DNA of 64,000 nucleotides from Eledone cirrhosa. Taxonomy: Eukaryota. Below, piece after piece: positions 14,618-28,674 of this stretch (position 1 is the first letter of the stretch; each line of letters opens with the position of its first letter). Below the pieces are notes generated by a model. That model saw only the letters and a list, made by a program, of their open reading frames with translations, was not told the origin of the DNA and searched no databases. The stretch lies in contig OZ024753.1 of the NCBI GenBank assembly GCA_964016885.1, positions 3,162,001 through 3,226,000 of the forward strand, in the 5' to 3' direction. The translations under genes and the position numbers were made by a program.

Positions 14618-14752
14618 TATATATATACACATATATATATATATATATATACACACACACGACTGATTTTATATGAATAAATTTATATCTAGGTAAATAG
14701 TGAATATGTTCAAATCTATATATGCTTGTATTTATAAGCATGTGTTTGCACC

Positions 14753-14803
<51 letters not shown>

Positions 14804-14820
14804 TCATTTTACATTCATGC

Positions 14821-14852
<32 letters not shown>

Positions 14853-14919
14853 ATATTTGTATGTATGTGTGTGTGTATATTTGTATGTATGTGTATATAG
14901 ATACATTCATGCATATATA

Positions 14920-14955
<36 letters not shown>

Positions 14956-15021
14956 GATAGATAGATACATTCATACATATGTGTGTATATATTTGTATAT
15001 GGGTGTATATAGATACATTTA

Positions 15022-15060
<39 letters not shown>

Positions 15061-15070
15061 GTACATACAC
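14266..15070. repeat. Compound (TA)n/(CA)n microsatellite block
   Basis: Direct inspection; source of the YI/CV-repeat ORFs. Confidence 0.95.
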
Positions 15071-16021
15071 ATAAATATCTATATAGTGAGAATGGGAGAG
15101 AGAGGGAGAAAGAAACTGTGTTATGAATAAATTTATCTTTACTTGTATATATGTGCAAGTCTTACCTTCTCTATCACTTTATACTTTTGAGAAAATCTGT
15201 GCATATGCATGAATGTGCAAATTATGTGGGGTTGAGACAGTATATATCTGTGTAGAAATGCATAATTTTCATTTTTGTTTTTTAAGTATACATACGTGAG
15301 TATGGATGTGTAAGATGTGATATATGATGTGATAATGTAATGGAACAAGGAAGATGTGTATGTTTTCCTTGTTGTTGTGTGCAACAGACCTTACAGTGAA
15401 AAGTTACTCTGGTTCACTACTTGACAACTACATAATAGCTGAAATAATTGATGGTATCATCTTACATCTTATGTCGAAAATGACATTCTTTTCAAAAGTC
15501 TACATTCAAGAAACGGTGCTATTTTTTTCTTTCCTTTTCCTTTTAAAAATGTTTATTGGTTTTATTGTTTTACCTCTTTGCTATTGCTCAAACATTAAGG
15601 AATATATTCACATATTGAGGTATATAATATGAATAAAATAGAATATAGAAAAACCAAAGTTGAATACAATCATAAAAGTATGTAAGATATTTTACATATA
15701 TGATTACGAAATATTTGTTATATACACCTACATAAAATCGTAATTTGAAAGCTAAAAATACTTATAAGACAACATAAGATTTGAAGGAATGCCAATATGT
15801 TTGTGTGTGTGTAACTTATTTATCGTAGAAATGACTGATATAGAACTAGCACTGTTTCAGTTTGTGGAAATCATCAGATTTCAAGTGAATGATCAGTACT
15901 ACTCTCGGAGAAGTGATCTCAATCTGAAAAATAAATTATGTATGCTTTCTATTTTATGTAATCAACACCATATCTAACTATGGTATATTTCCATTCATCT
16001 ATGGCAAACCATTTTTTCTCG

Positions 16022-16064
<43 letters not shown>

Positions 16065-16069
<5 letters not shown>

Positions 16070-16268
16070 AAAATGTTCACGACCCCGGAGGCAGAGCTCA
16101 AGCCATTTCGACTGCTATTTCTGGACTAGCCAGAAATAGCCGTCGAAACGGCTTGAGCTCTGCCGTCGGGGTCTTGAACATTTTCCTATTACCTACTCTA
16201 CTACCCTAAGTATTGAGTACTCTGGTACGTATGGTCCATCTGGTTCCTTACCACACTTTCTTCGTTAT
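16065..16268 (+). mobile_element. Hairpin element copy 2 (putative PLE pseudo-LTR with inverted arm)
   Basis: Palindrome 16065-16189 centred on loop actag (16125-16129), then a unique tail ending ttcgttat. (TA)n on both sides. Confidence 0.75.
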
Positions 16269-16278
16269 ATATATATAA

Positions 16279-16413
16279 CCAGATACCCCAGTTCTGTTGG
16301 AGGGTAACCACAGTAAAAAAGAGGTAAATACCTTGGTAGAGTATAGTAAATTTTTATTTTATAGAGAAGTGACTTCTACAGGACTAGAACTATTTCATTC
16401 ACATGAAATCATC
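16279..16413 (-). mobile_element. Short repeat with hammerhead remnant (family H3)
   Basis: Minus strand reads GAUGA-UUUC-augu-GAAU-GAAAUAG-uucuaguc-CUGUA-GAAG. Homologous to 43400-43520. Confidence 0.55.
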
Positions 16414-17829
16414 ATCATTTAATGTTTGTTCTTTCTGCTAACAAGAGCTGGATGACTCTTCCCAAAATGAGTAGTACACAAATTGTGCTATTGACCTCTC
16501 AATAAATAGTTGCTACTCTGTTATATCTCAAAATTGTGGTTTAACTTCATGTCAGCTTTGACTGAACAGATAGACACATGGTTGAAGATTTTTCATTAAT
16601 GTTAACATAATTTTAGGGTTTAGTTTACCAAATTCTAATTCAACTCTTGAAGAATATATCAATAGTCAACAAAGGTAAGTAGCATTCATTTTGATGAGTT
16701 GAAGATATATAGAACAACATTTCTATCTACCTTTATAAACTGTTTTAATTGACAATAAGTTCTTTACTATCTTTACAACTTGCAGGTCCAAGTTCATTAG
16801 ATGTGAAACGAGATGTGTGAACTGCTGTATTCCTTCTCAAAGAATGCATCTTACCTGAGGAAAGAGACTTATGAGGTGGAGTGACTATTGATGCTTGTAT
16901 CACTGTCTATTGTCCATCGAAATATCCAGTTAAAACCTGAAAATCTATAGGTTATACTTGGTACTAGTATATAATAATTGAACTAAAAATGTCATTTTGG
17001 CGATTTAATAAGTATTTAATTGTGTGGATGTTTTTTTTTAAATATTCATTTTCTCTTTATTACCAGTATTATTCTCACACTCAAATGCATACAGTACCAT
17101 TAAATTGCAATTAACACAATCACACTCAAATGCATATGAGACAGAATTATCCAGATTTTGTTTTATTTCTTTATTAAATCATCATTTTAACTGTCTCATT
17201 GTGTTAACATTGTATTTTTCCAGTCCAAAGACAGTCAATTTAATGACTTTGGTAAACAGCATTTATTATGAAATGGGAAATTCTATTCAACAAATTTCAG
17301 TTATAACAAATTTTGGAAATAATGAAAATGAGGGAAAGCGGGAGAAATTGGCAGACTTTACTCCCCAGTCTAGGGGGTACATCTCAGATGTGCCTCATGC
17401 AATAACATTGCCATGAACAATAGTCAGTGATACCTGCTTTAATAGCCACTACACCTCACAGGGCTCCCTTCCTAGGATGCACTCCTAATTTTGAATAGTA
17501 TAATAAGCAGTTTGACAACATCAGAGGTCTCAACAGTGACCTACATCAAAATCCCAGCATTTGGCTATCTTCTACTCCTCTACTCTATGGGTATCAGTAC
17601 CTGGGATTAGGGCTGAAGTGAGAGAACATGTCTTAGCATGTATAGACACATGTTAGAGATGTAGTCCCTTTGAACAGGAAAAGGGTTATCCCATCTGGGT
17701 GCTTACTACCACCAAGTAAGTGGTTTGCAGGATCCTGTTCTGATAGGAAACTGGCTGGAGCAAGGTTCCTGTTATTAGTATTATTATTAATACTTTGATA
17801 GTTCAGTCCTTGTTAAATAACAAGGACAT

Positions 17830-17990
17830 ATTTGGGGCCCAAGTTTGTTGACCTCCTCATTGGGGGCTCTGGAGACTGTTCATTTGATTAGGTGAATGGT
17901 AAAAACCTGAGATTAACTCATACACAAGAAGAATATACCAATATCTGAAAAAAGTGCCTTATTTGGAAACAATTTCTTGCTAATGTCTAG
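17830..17990 (+). mobile_element. Possible decayed R4/Dong-type RLE C-terminus
   Basis: Frameshifted remnants resembling IGALGTV and KSALFG, comparable to the end of ORF 32587-33240. Confidence 0.3.
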
Positions 17991-19046
17991 TGTATAACAG
18001 AAAAAAATTGACTTGTCTTCTAGGGGAGCAGCAAGAGTTACAAACAAGAGAGGGAGTAGCCCAAAAGATGGTGAATGAAAACAAACCACAGTGATACCTG
18101 ATAAACATACAAAGTGAGTTTAAACAAAACGATTATTTGAATATATAGACAAATATATAGACAAAAATAAAACAATGAACACTGAAACAGACAATTTATG
18201 TCTATGTTCTTAGGCTACTTTCTAAGTTTAGTGGTTTTGAGCACAGAGCTTAGATGCCTACTAGAATTATCTTCATGTTTGGAATTTTTGACCACATTCA
18301 TGCAAATTTGATATTCAATTCAGTATATTTTGTTATTTTTCTCAATTTGTTTTTATTCATTGTTATTATTCATTGTTATTATTCATCACTTTTTAATGTC
18401 CATTATCCATGCTAGCATGGGTAGGACGGGCTGTCCCTTTGTGGGAGATCAGGTAAGAGGACCGTGTTTTGTTCACACTGAACAGGTCTTGGCTTGGTTT
18501 CTATGGCTGGATGCCCTTCCTAACTCCAACCACATTTACAGTGTGTGCTGAGTGCTTTTTATTGTTACACTTACATGAACACTTTACAGTGTGGGCTGGG
18601 CACATTTTGTTGTGGGAGATTTATAGGAGAGGAGATGGTAGGGAAGCGGTTGCATACTAGACATGCATATGGGAAGGAAGTTCTTCTCTAATACTATTAT
18701 TAAAACTTTTTTAGTCTTCTTTATGAACATTTTCCTCACATAAAAACCCCACACCGTACATCCTCTTAATGTAAACCCTGTGTGGCTAATAAAGAAGCCA
18801 TTATAATTTTGATATATCAGTCATTATTTAAACAGAACATTTTCTCTACTGAACATTAAGCCACTACCTGCAGCCTCAGATATTCAGGACACATCAAAGG
18901 GTCCCTGCCCCTCCTAGTAGCCCCTCTGGAGTGTTCCAAAAAAGGGAATTAGGCTAATTTTCTTTAACCAGCCCTGGAAGCTCTTCAAGACAGCACCCAG
19001 AAAAAACCCTGACACCATGACACCTCCAAATCCACCATTATTATTA

Positions 19047-19620
19047 TTTGGATTGGCAGTACTGGTAGAGCATTGGACAGCAGCATAGTTATGTTCCTTT
19101 ACGATCTGAATTCAAATTTCAGAGGTTAACTTTGCATTTCATCCTTACAGGTTGATAAAATAAAGTACCAGTAATACACTGGATTCAAATGACTTTATCC
19201 TCCCCCAGAATTGTTGGCTTTGTACCTAAATCAGAAACTATTATTGTTATTGTTTGATTGGCAGTATCAGTAAAGCATTGGACACATTCTGAGTTCAAAT
19301 AACAGGGTTCATAAAATAAAGCACCAGTAATGCACTGAGGTCGATTTAATTGACTTTCCCTTCCCCTACAAGTTGCTAGCCTCGTGCCTAAAGTAGAAAC
19401 CATTATTATTATTATCATCATTGGGCGGTTGTTTTGCAGTATCTGTAGAGCGTTAGACTACATGCTTTGCAGTATAGGAGTTATGGCCTTTTACGTTCTG
19501 AGTTCAAATCCCACCAGGATAACTTTGCCTTTTATCCTTACAGGGGTCGATAAAATAAAATACCAGTAATGCACTGGAATAATTTCTGGCCTTGTGCCAA
19601 AAGTAGAAACAATTATTATT
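19047..19620 (+). mobile_element. Cluster of three family A SINEs
   Basis: Three successive ttg(g)cagta...ga(a/g)ttcaaat...taaaataaa..accagtaat units, each ending agaaac(n)attatt. Confidence 0.8.
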
Positions 19621-19944
19621 ATTTTCATTCCATTGCTCTAGAACCCCAACATTTCAAAGCTAGCAATAAAATATTTGGCATTTCAACAAAATGCACCAAC
19701 ATTTTGAGATATGTAAGTATGAGGTTTGAAGTAATATTTTCCTTTTCACTGGTTCTGAATGCCATTCAATGGTTTTATTTAACAGTACATTTTTTTTTGG
19801 TCACAGGAAAACAATGTCAGGTGTTTTGTGCTTACATCTGATAGAAATATTCATCATAATTTTTTATCACACACAAACATATTCAAAGCAGTGTTTTCAG
19901 CAGGGTGCATTATATATATATATGTGTGTGTATGTATTTATATA

Positions 19945-20002
<58 letters not shown>

Positions 20003-20412
20003 TGTATGTATATATATATATATGTGTATGTATGTATGTATGTATATATATATATATACATATATATATATTTATATTGCATTAACATCATACTTCATAC
20101 GAAAATAAATACTTTGATAATATTTCAGAGAATGGAAAAACTTTCGTGTTTTGTCTTTCTTACAAATTCAGTACACACACAGACACATGCACAGAGGCAA
20201 ACACACATGCAGAAACACACAAACACACGTAAACATAGACACACACATATGTGTTAACCCATGTCAGCGTTAGATAAAAAGAATCGAACTTAAAAACCCT
20301 GTTACTCATCATAATCATTATTATTTTAACATGTTTTCATTGCAAGCAAAGGTTGGACTTCTTATTTGACTGGTGTTGGCAAAAGTGAAATACCAGTCAA
20401 CTAAGATCATCA

Positions 20413-20464
<52 letters not shown>

Positions 20465-20491
20465 GTATATACATATATATACACATATATA

Positions 20492-20831
20492 TCATCATCA
20501 TCATTTCATTTTACGTCCACTTTTCCCTGCTTGCAAGGGTGGGACGGGAATAGATTCTGGCTTGATTTCTACAGCTGGATGCCATTCCTAACACCAACCT
20601 CATTTACAGTGAGTGCTGGGTGCTTTTTTGCCGTGGCACCACCACGACCACTTTGCAGTGGAATGATAGGAACCCCAGTCCCTATCATCTCATTTCTACA
20701 GCTGAGTAAACTGGAGCAATGTGAAATAAAGTGTCTTGCTCAAGGAAACAACACATCACCCGGTCTGAGAATTGAACTCACAACCTTTCGATTGCAAGGC
20801 CAATGCTCTAACCACTAAGCCATGTGCCTCC

Positions 20832-20832
<1 letters not shown>
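20492..20832 (-). mobile_element. Family B tRNA-derived SINE with RTE tail
   Basis: Reverse complement of the 7830-8090 head and body. Tail ttttacgtccacttttccctgcttgcaagggtgggacggg matches the end of the RTE at 34855-34895. Confidence 0.9.
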
Positions 20833-20860
<28 letters not shown>

Positions 20861-20862
<2 letters not shown>

Positions 20863-21028
20863 ACGAAGGAAATGTGGTAAGGAACCAGGTGGACCATAAC
20901 GCACCAAAGTACTCAATACTTGAGGTAGTAGAGTGGGTAATAGGAACCAGTAAGACCCCGACAGCTGAGTCCAGAATTAGCCGTCGAAACGGCTTGAGCT
21001 CAGCTGTCGGGGTCTTACTGGTTCCTAT
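20861..21028 (-). mobile_element. Hairpin element copy 3
   Basis: Arms ataggaaccagtaagaccccgacagctgag and ctcagctgtcggggtcttactggttcctat (20940-21028), with (TA)n flanks. Confidence 0.75.
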
Positions 21029-21193
21029 ATATATATATATATATATGTATATACATATACACATATATATATATATACACACAGATATACATATACAGAG
21101 ATAGGCAGAGAGAGAAAGAGATAATATGTGTCATGGTGTTACACTGCCATGGATGAACAAAGCATTTTGAGGCAGAATGATTTCATAAATCTA

Positions 21194-21242
<49 letters not shown>

Positions 21243-21244
<2 letters not shown>

Positions 21245-21395
21245 ATCCCGCCCGTCCACTCAATCTATCTTATTTCTCATTCTTTCTTCTGATGAAGGAC
21301 TAGCGTCCGAAACTGCTATTTCAAGTGTTAACCTAATATATCCCTTCCATATGCTGTACCGATTGTGTTGTTATTTCTGTTTACCTTTTACATAC
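21243..21395 (+). mobile_element. Family H2 repeat with hammerhead core
   Basis: CUGAUGA(21289-21295)-A-GGAC-uagc-GUCC-GAAAC. The segment after GAAAC is deleted relative to the other copies. Confidence 0.65.
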
Positions 21396-21427
21396 ACATA
21401 TATAGACGTTAAACGATGATGATGATG

Positions 21428-21463
<36 letters not shown>

Positions 21464-21841
21464 CATAAATCAGACTGTTATTGTGTTATTCCTCCATTTT
21501 GTCTACTAACCCTCAGCAAACACCCTAAACTGAATGTTGACCTCTACCCATGACACTTGCCAAACCACACCATAGTCACTCTCCAAATTCGGCAAATCAA
21601 AAGAGAACCACACATATGCAACAAGTAAATGAAAATAACACAGTACTATGAAGAAATATATCAGTTTAACGTTTGGCATAGTCAGAAAGGAGACATTAAT
21701 TTGGGACACTAGTACTTCATGAGAAGATAGAATGAGAAGTGAAAGGCGAAATAGAAAGATAGATTGAGAATAGGAGAGAATGGAAAGATTTAAAAAAAAA
21801 GTATGTATTTATTCAGTTAGGCTTTTTGGAGAATATGTATG

Positions 21842-21882
<41 letters not shown>

Positions 21883-22292
21883 AGAGAGAGGGAGAAATAT
21901 TACAAGCAGGGAAAACAGACTATGATGAGGATGATTATGATGATGATGATGATATATATATACATAATTACACACAGATATAGGTCTTCAGAGAATTAAT
22001 CTAGGAATGAGAATTGAACACACTCTAAAACAAACTGAGCTTGCTAGCACAAATGACAAAACTGCGTAATTGGTTTCTCACTTTTGATACATTTTCAAAT
22101 GATATTCGTGCCGAAATACACACCTAGATTAAAGAGACAAACACCAAAACCATACAACATAAAGGCAAGTATATAACCGCAAACACACACACACGTACAC
22201 AGTCCTACACAGAGACAGAATCGTTAAGAATTTATGAATATTTAATATTTAGATACATCGAATCTTCAACAAGTATGAGACACACACACAAA

Positions 22293-22324
<32 letters not shown>

Positions 22325-22391
22325 CATCATCATCATCAACATACGCCCGCTTTTCCTTGCTTGCAAGAAAAAAAGAAAATTGATGATGTAG

Positions 22392-22394
22392 ATG

Positions 22395-22470
<76 letters not shown>

Positions 22471-22474
22471 ATAA

Positions 22475-22554
<80 letters not shown>

Positions 22555-22642
22555 ATATATACATATATCATCATCATCATCATCATCATATGTATATATA
22601 TATATGTATATATGTATATAAGTATATATATATATATATGTA

Positions 22643-22687
<45 letters not shown>

Positions 22688-22710
22688 ATATATATATATA
22701 TATACATATA
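22392..22710. repeat. (TA)n/(TATG)/(CAT)n compound microsatellite
   Basis: Direct inspection. Confidence 0.95.
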
Positions 22711-23765
22711 TCATCATCATCATCAACGTTTAACGTCCGTGTTCCACGCTTGCATGGGTTTGGACGGGGGTAGTCCCACTTGAGGCAAGAGTGATTGTCT
22801 TGCTCGCATAGGACTGTCTGGCAGGTTTTCTACAGTTGGATGCCCTTCCTAACACCAACCACATTTACAGTGTGGGTCTGGGAGGTTTTTACCGTGTTGC
22901 CTACACGGCCACATTACAGCGTGGACTGTGTGTTTTTTTGTCATGACACCTACACGATCTCATTTGTTTCGGCCTCGATGGCGCGGCACCAACATAACTT
23001 TACATAGAACGGGGTGGTGTGGATGGGGTGGGGGTGGTGGGATGGGGTGTATTTTGTTAGAGATGCCTACTGGCTGGAGTAGGTTTTACTATATATTTAG
23101 GTAAGGCGGGTCTTCTCTGTTACTGAGTACCGCCAAAGGTCTCGGTCCAGTGACATTGTCTTGGAGAGGTGTAAGTGTGTGATGTCTGAGTTTATCAGCT
23201 CGTCCCAGGTTTTTCTAGGTCTGCCTATTCCGTGACTACCGTCTATCTTTATTGCCCTGCACTTTGTTATACAGCTATCAACTTTCATGCGCATCACGTG
23301 TCCATACCAACGTAGCCTTCTCTCGAGTAAACAACATCTGATCCCTCTTATCTCTAATTTTTTCCTTAGTTCGTTTATGCTTTGCCGTTCACGTATATTA
23401 CTGTTACACATCCAGCGGAGCATGCAAGCTTCGTTCCTCTCTAGTCTGCGTATATCCTCTGCACACAATGCCCAGGTCTCACTGCCATGCAGCATTGCTG
23501 TTCGTATGCAGGCATCATACAACCTGCCTTTCATTTTTAGGGAGAACCCTTTAGCAGCTAATAGTGGTATAAGCTCTCTGAACTTTTTCCAACCAGTTCT
23601 GACTCTCGCTACTGTACTTTCAGAGCACCCTCCCCCACTGCTGATTTTATCGCCCAGGTAACGGAAGCTGTCCACTATTTCTATAGAACCCTCTGCGCAA
23701 TTGAAAGAGCTAGTATTTTGTGGGCACTTGCTGCTACTTATTGCACCAGAACACCGGCCACATGT
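22710..23765 (-). mobile_element. 5'-truncated RTE-clade LINE: intact RT C-terminal ORF (23097-23765), ~390-bp 3' UTR and (GAT)n tail
   Basis: FTCGRC...[15 protein letters not shown]...[13 protein letters not shown]...[20 protein letters not shown]...[11 protein letters not shown]...GRPRKTWDE...KTRLT*. Truncated at a (TA)n/(TACA) array. Confidence 0.93.
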
Positions 23766-24430
<665 letters not shown>

Positions 24431-24944
24431 CATATATGCATGTGTCAGTGCGTTTGTATATGTATGAAAGATTGCTTACACAAAATGATATAGAGAAAAG
24501 GAAATATGAAACTCTCAGGCATTACTGCTAATTATCAAATAATCAGTGCAAATACTAGCACATATAACTATTGTGTTGTACTATAAGATAAATACGTATT
24601 TCATTTGTTCCATATAGAAACTAGGCTCCATAGCCATTGGAAATGTTCAAATTTTCCTAAATCATCTCACACGGGATAGTATTGAGAAAGAAAATAAATG
24701 TAAAATAATCAAACATGGTTAATATTTGTTGTGTATAATATATAATAACAAGTATTCATACATTTTATTTTAATAATAACCAATTACTAACTTCTATTGC
24801 ATATCTGTATTTGTTTATATTTGAATTATACTAAATAAATAAATGTCATTATTATAATGTATTATAACTTGTTTAGTGGAACCATCATGAAGAAAATGAC
24901 AAGACTACATACAGCAAGAATTGAAACCATTAAGTTTACATTTT

Positions 24945-25410
24945 ATTAATTGTTTCTACTTTTGGCACAAGGCCAGCAAATAACCAGTGCATTACTGGTA
25001 CTTTATTTTATCGACCCCGTAAGGATGAAAGGCAAAGTTGACCTTGACGGGATTTGAACTCAGATCATAAAGGTATGTAACTATGCTGGAAAGCATGACG
25101 TCCGACCCTCTACTGATACTGCCAATTCAATAGTATATTAGCTCAGGCCCCTTTACGGTCTGAGTTCAAATCCCGCCAAGGTTAACTTTGCCTTTCATCC
25201 TTATGGGGTTGATAAAATAAAGTACCAGTAATGCACTGGGTATTTGTTGGGCTTGTGCAAAAAGTAGAAACAATTATTAATGTTATATTAACTCAGGCCC
25301 CTTTACGGTCTGAGTTCAAATCCCGCCGAGGTTAATTTTGCCTTTCATCCTTACAGGGTCAATAAAATAAAGCACCAGTAATACACTCGGATAATTGCTG
25401 GCTTTGTGAA
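24945..25410. mobile_element. Family A SINEs: one on minus (24945-25130) and two partial tandem copies on plus (25143-25410)
   Basis: Same gcctttcatcctta...aaaataaag.accag domain in both orientations. Confidence 0.85.
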
Positions 25411-25527
25411 AGGACTAGCACCTGAAACATTAACACCCTCTTCCTGCTATTTCAAGTGTTAAACTAATATATTTCTTCCATATAATGTACTGATTGTGTT
25501 GATATTTCTGTTTACCTTTTACATTCA
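25411..25527 (+). mobile_element. Family H2 repeat, 5'-truncated inside the hammerhead core
   Basis: aggactagcacctgaaacattaacaccctcttcctgctatttcaag...ttaccttttacatt followed by (TA)n. Confidence 0.65.
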
Positions 25528-25560
25528 TATATATATATGTAAAATAGTAAAAGAGTCTGC

Positions 25561-25592
<32 letters not shown>

Positions 25593-26503
25593 CATAATGT
25601 GAAGAATTTTGAAAATGTTTTTAAATTACTAATTATTTCATTATTAAGTTGGTATTTATAACATAAACAGACGCTTTTTATATCAACCTATGCTGGAAGA
25701 TTTTAATTGAAATGGCAAATATTTAAAATGGGTGGTTTTGATTCATAGAAAAACAATTAATTTTGGGTTTTGATGGTAGCAAAAACTTATTGTAGATAAT
25801 GGCTACTCTCCCATATATTGTACACATTTTTCAAATATTTTAATTGACCAATCTTATTGGAGTTTCTTCCCTTGCTTGTTTTCAGGTTTTAAGCATCCTT
25901 TGAGGGAGCTTTTGTCTTTAAATTGCATGAATAAGCTTAGTTATTTAAAAGTTTGTCCATTGCACTATATTAAATATGGGAGCATCTACTATATTGTTGA
26001 CAAAAGTCCATAAAATACTATCTAATGTCATGAATTAGGAAGATGTATGCAAGGATTAAAATTTCTTACATCTCAGGCTATTTATAATGGAGGTATTTCC
26101 CTATTTTGTAATTGGTTGTATTTCCCTAATAAACTCTCTCTCTCTCTCTCTCTTATTTTCAATCTATCTATTGCTCATTCCCTCCATTTCTGCCTCTTCA
26201 CCTTCCACTGTCCACCCACATTCTGTTTGTTCTATTCTAAATAGTCTTTCTTCAACCTTTCTTCATCTTGGCAGCCTCTGTTCTTCCTTCAAAGTGTGAG
26301 ATTACTAATGGAACTTTGTTTTTCATGGCTGCAATGTTTTGAAAGATATAAACTTGTGACCATCAACTTCTTTCTTTTAATTCCTTGCAACATATTACAA
26401 CTGAGACAGTGTTGTTGCTGTTATTGCTGATAATAAGACAGTTGTTGTTTGTGATGTTCACAAAAGTGGTAATAGTATTAGTGTATATATGAGTTTATGT
26501 GTT

Positions 26504-26536
<33 letters not shown>

Positions 26537-28674
26537 AGAGGAGGAGATTTGTTTGAACTTTGTTATAGGTTTTATGTCAGTCACTGCTTATATGATAAGG
26601 AAACCTGGCAGTTTTCCCAGTGTAAATTAATTTCGATTGCACAGTTAGCTAGCCACTGTTTGTTTTTATCTTAATGATATTTCTTGACCCTTATTGTGCC
26701 AGACTAGAATTCAGAAAACATTAGTGGACGTTAGTAGCTAACTATACAATAGTTTCCAATAGTAGTAATTTTAGATGCTTTATTTCTTAAATTTCAAGCA
26801 ACGTATGATGGAGAAAATTATTGTTCATCAATTACTGTTACTATTTCAGACACAGACAGAAATTATTAGTGCCTAATTATTATTATTATTATTATTATTT
26901 TCTTATTAGGACAGTGTATTAGCAGTATCATTAGAGGGTTGGACAAAATGCTTTGCAGTATTCATTCAAGATTTTCTATGTTCTGACTTCAAATCTCACC
27001 AAGTTCAACTGTATTTTATCGACATCTCCTTCCAGGACTGATAAAATAAAGTACCAGTCATGTACTGCTCTTAAATTGCCACATTTAAGAGAAATACATG
27101 ATAAACAGTATGGGTTTAGTGAGTGGTATCTAATATAGGTTTATGGATTACATTTGTTTGAGTTCTAGGATAGGTTCAGTTTGTTTTTAGATGTATTTGT
27201 GTTAAAGTTAAGGTAATTGGTGGTATTAGATTAGTTGCATACATGTTAATATATTCATAGTTAGTTAAATAGTGAAGAAACATTTATGATATCAGTGTTT
27301 AACATGAGCCAAGGTTACAAGTAAGGTAAAATAAATAGTTATATATCTTCCATAGTCTTTATTTGATAATATTATGCATCTCTAATTCAAGATTGCATGC
27401 AAGATTTTTAATTGCTCAGGGCTGACCAGAGGAAAGCACAGCAATATCCTAATAGTACTTTACTATAGTAGCTAGTAGAGTAGACATCTGGTTGTTTAAC
27501 CTATTTACTCAGTCCTAACCTGATGTTGACCCTGAATGTGTATCAGCCAATCTTTTATGTGTATGTCCATAAGCTTTTGTACAAGATAAGTAAGGCAGTA
27601 CACTACATCAACAAAAATCAGCTCTATAATGTTTAGAAAATGGAATGAATTTGTGATGTGAGAGGATTGTAATTTTAACTATTTCCACAGTATCCTTCGT
27701 TAGACATGATAATGAGGAGAAATGTGCTGAAAGGCTAATACAAGAGATGATACATGTAAACATTATTTAGGAGATGATAATCAGACATTGTTGTAGAAAG
27801 TCAGAAAACAGAGCAAGGGAATGAATAAACTGGCATACATGCCATTCAATCACATAACATATTTTACTAATCTTCTTTAAACAACTGTCGTAAAAGTGAT
27901 TGTCAAGAGGCTAGTTGTCATATTTGATGCTACTGTCATTGGTTTTGACATGTTTTTTATCAGAAATTTTAACAAAGATTATAACCCATGGCCTTACCTT
28001 GTGTTTGTCAACAAAGGAGTATTGAATGCTGAAAATATTTTTACAAATTGTATAATTACGTGTGTCACTTTTTGTTGATGGTCTTACAATTTTAAGACTA
28101 TACTATTCAGTTGTGTTGGTGTCTGTAGGTGCTGACATATGAAGGAATTGAAAAAGATAGAGTAAAATTGGAAGACAGGAAGACAGAAATGGACAAGATG
28201 TGTTTAAAACTTAGTGTATGTATATATATATATATATATATACTTAGTATATCTGTATGTGTGTGTGTGTGTATATATGTATATATCATCATCAATGATT
28301 GTGTGAGTATGTGTGTCTGTCAATGAATTAATGAATACAAATAACTAAAGTAACATTGTTTATTCTTTTATATATAGATGTGTGAGGCTACATGCACACA
28401 CTTAAAGATGTGTGGGTGGGTGTGGGTGTGTGGGTGTTTAACACAGAAATATCATCATCATCATCTACAATGTGACAATGTTATCATCTGTGTAGTTAAA
28501 CCAGCTATTACTAAACTATTGTTGAAAGAAATTAGTTTTAGTACAAAATCAGGATTTTTGCAACAGCAGTATCCATAAATAATAACCAATTGTGTAATAC
28601 ATGACTAACAGTACATATGTTCTGAACACATAATGAAATGCTGAGAAGCTCATTTCTTAAATAGCTTCATATTT

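Noticed and set aside
14022-15158. Long YI/CV-rich ORFs (also at 22232-22773, 23701-24493, 33175-33676, 34788-35238, 61835-62196)
   Set aside because: Stop-free translations of (TA)n/(TG)n microsatellites.
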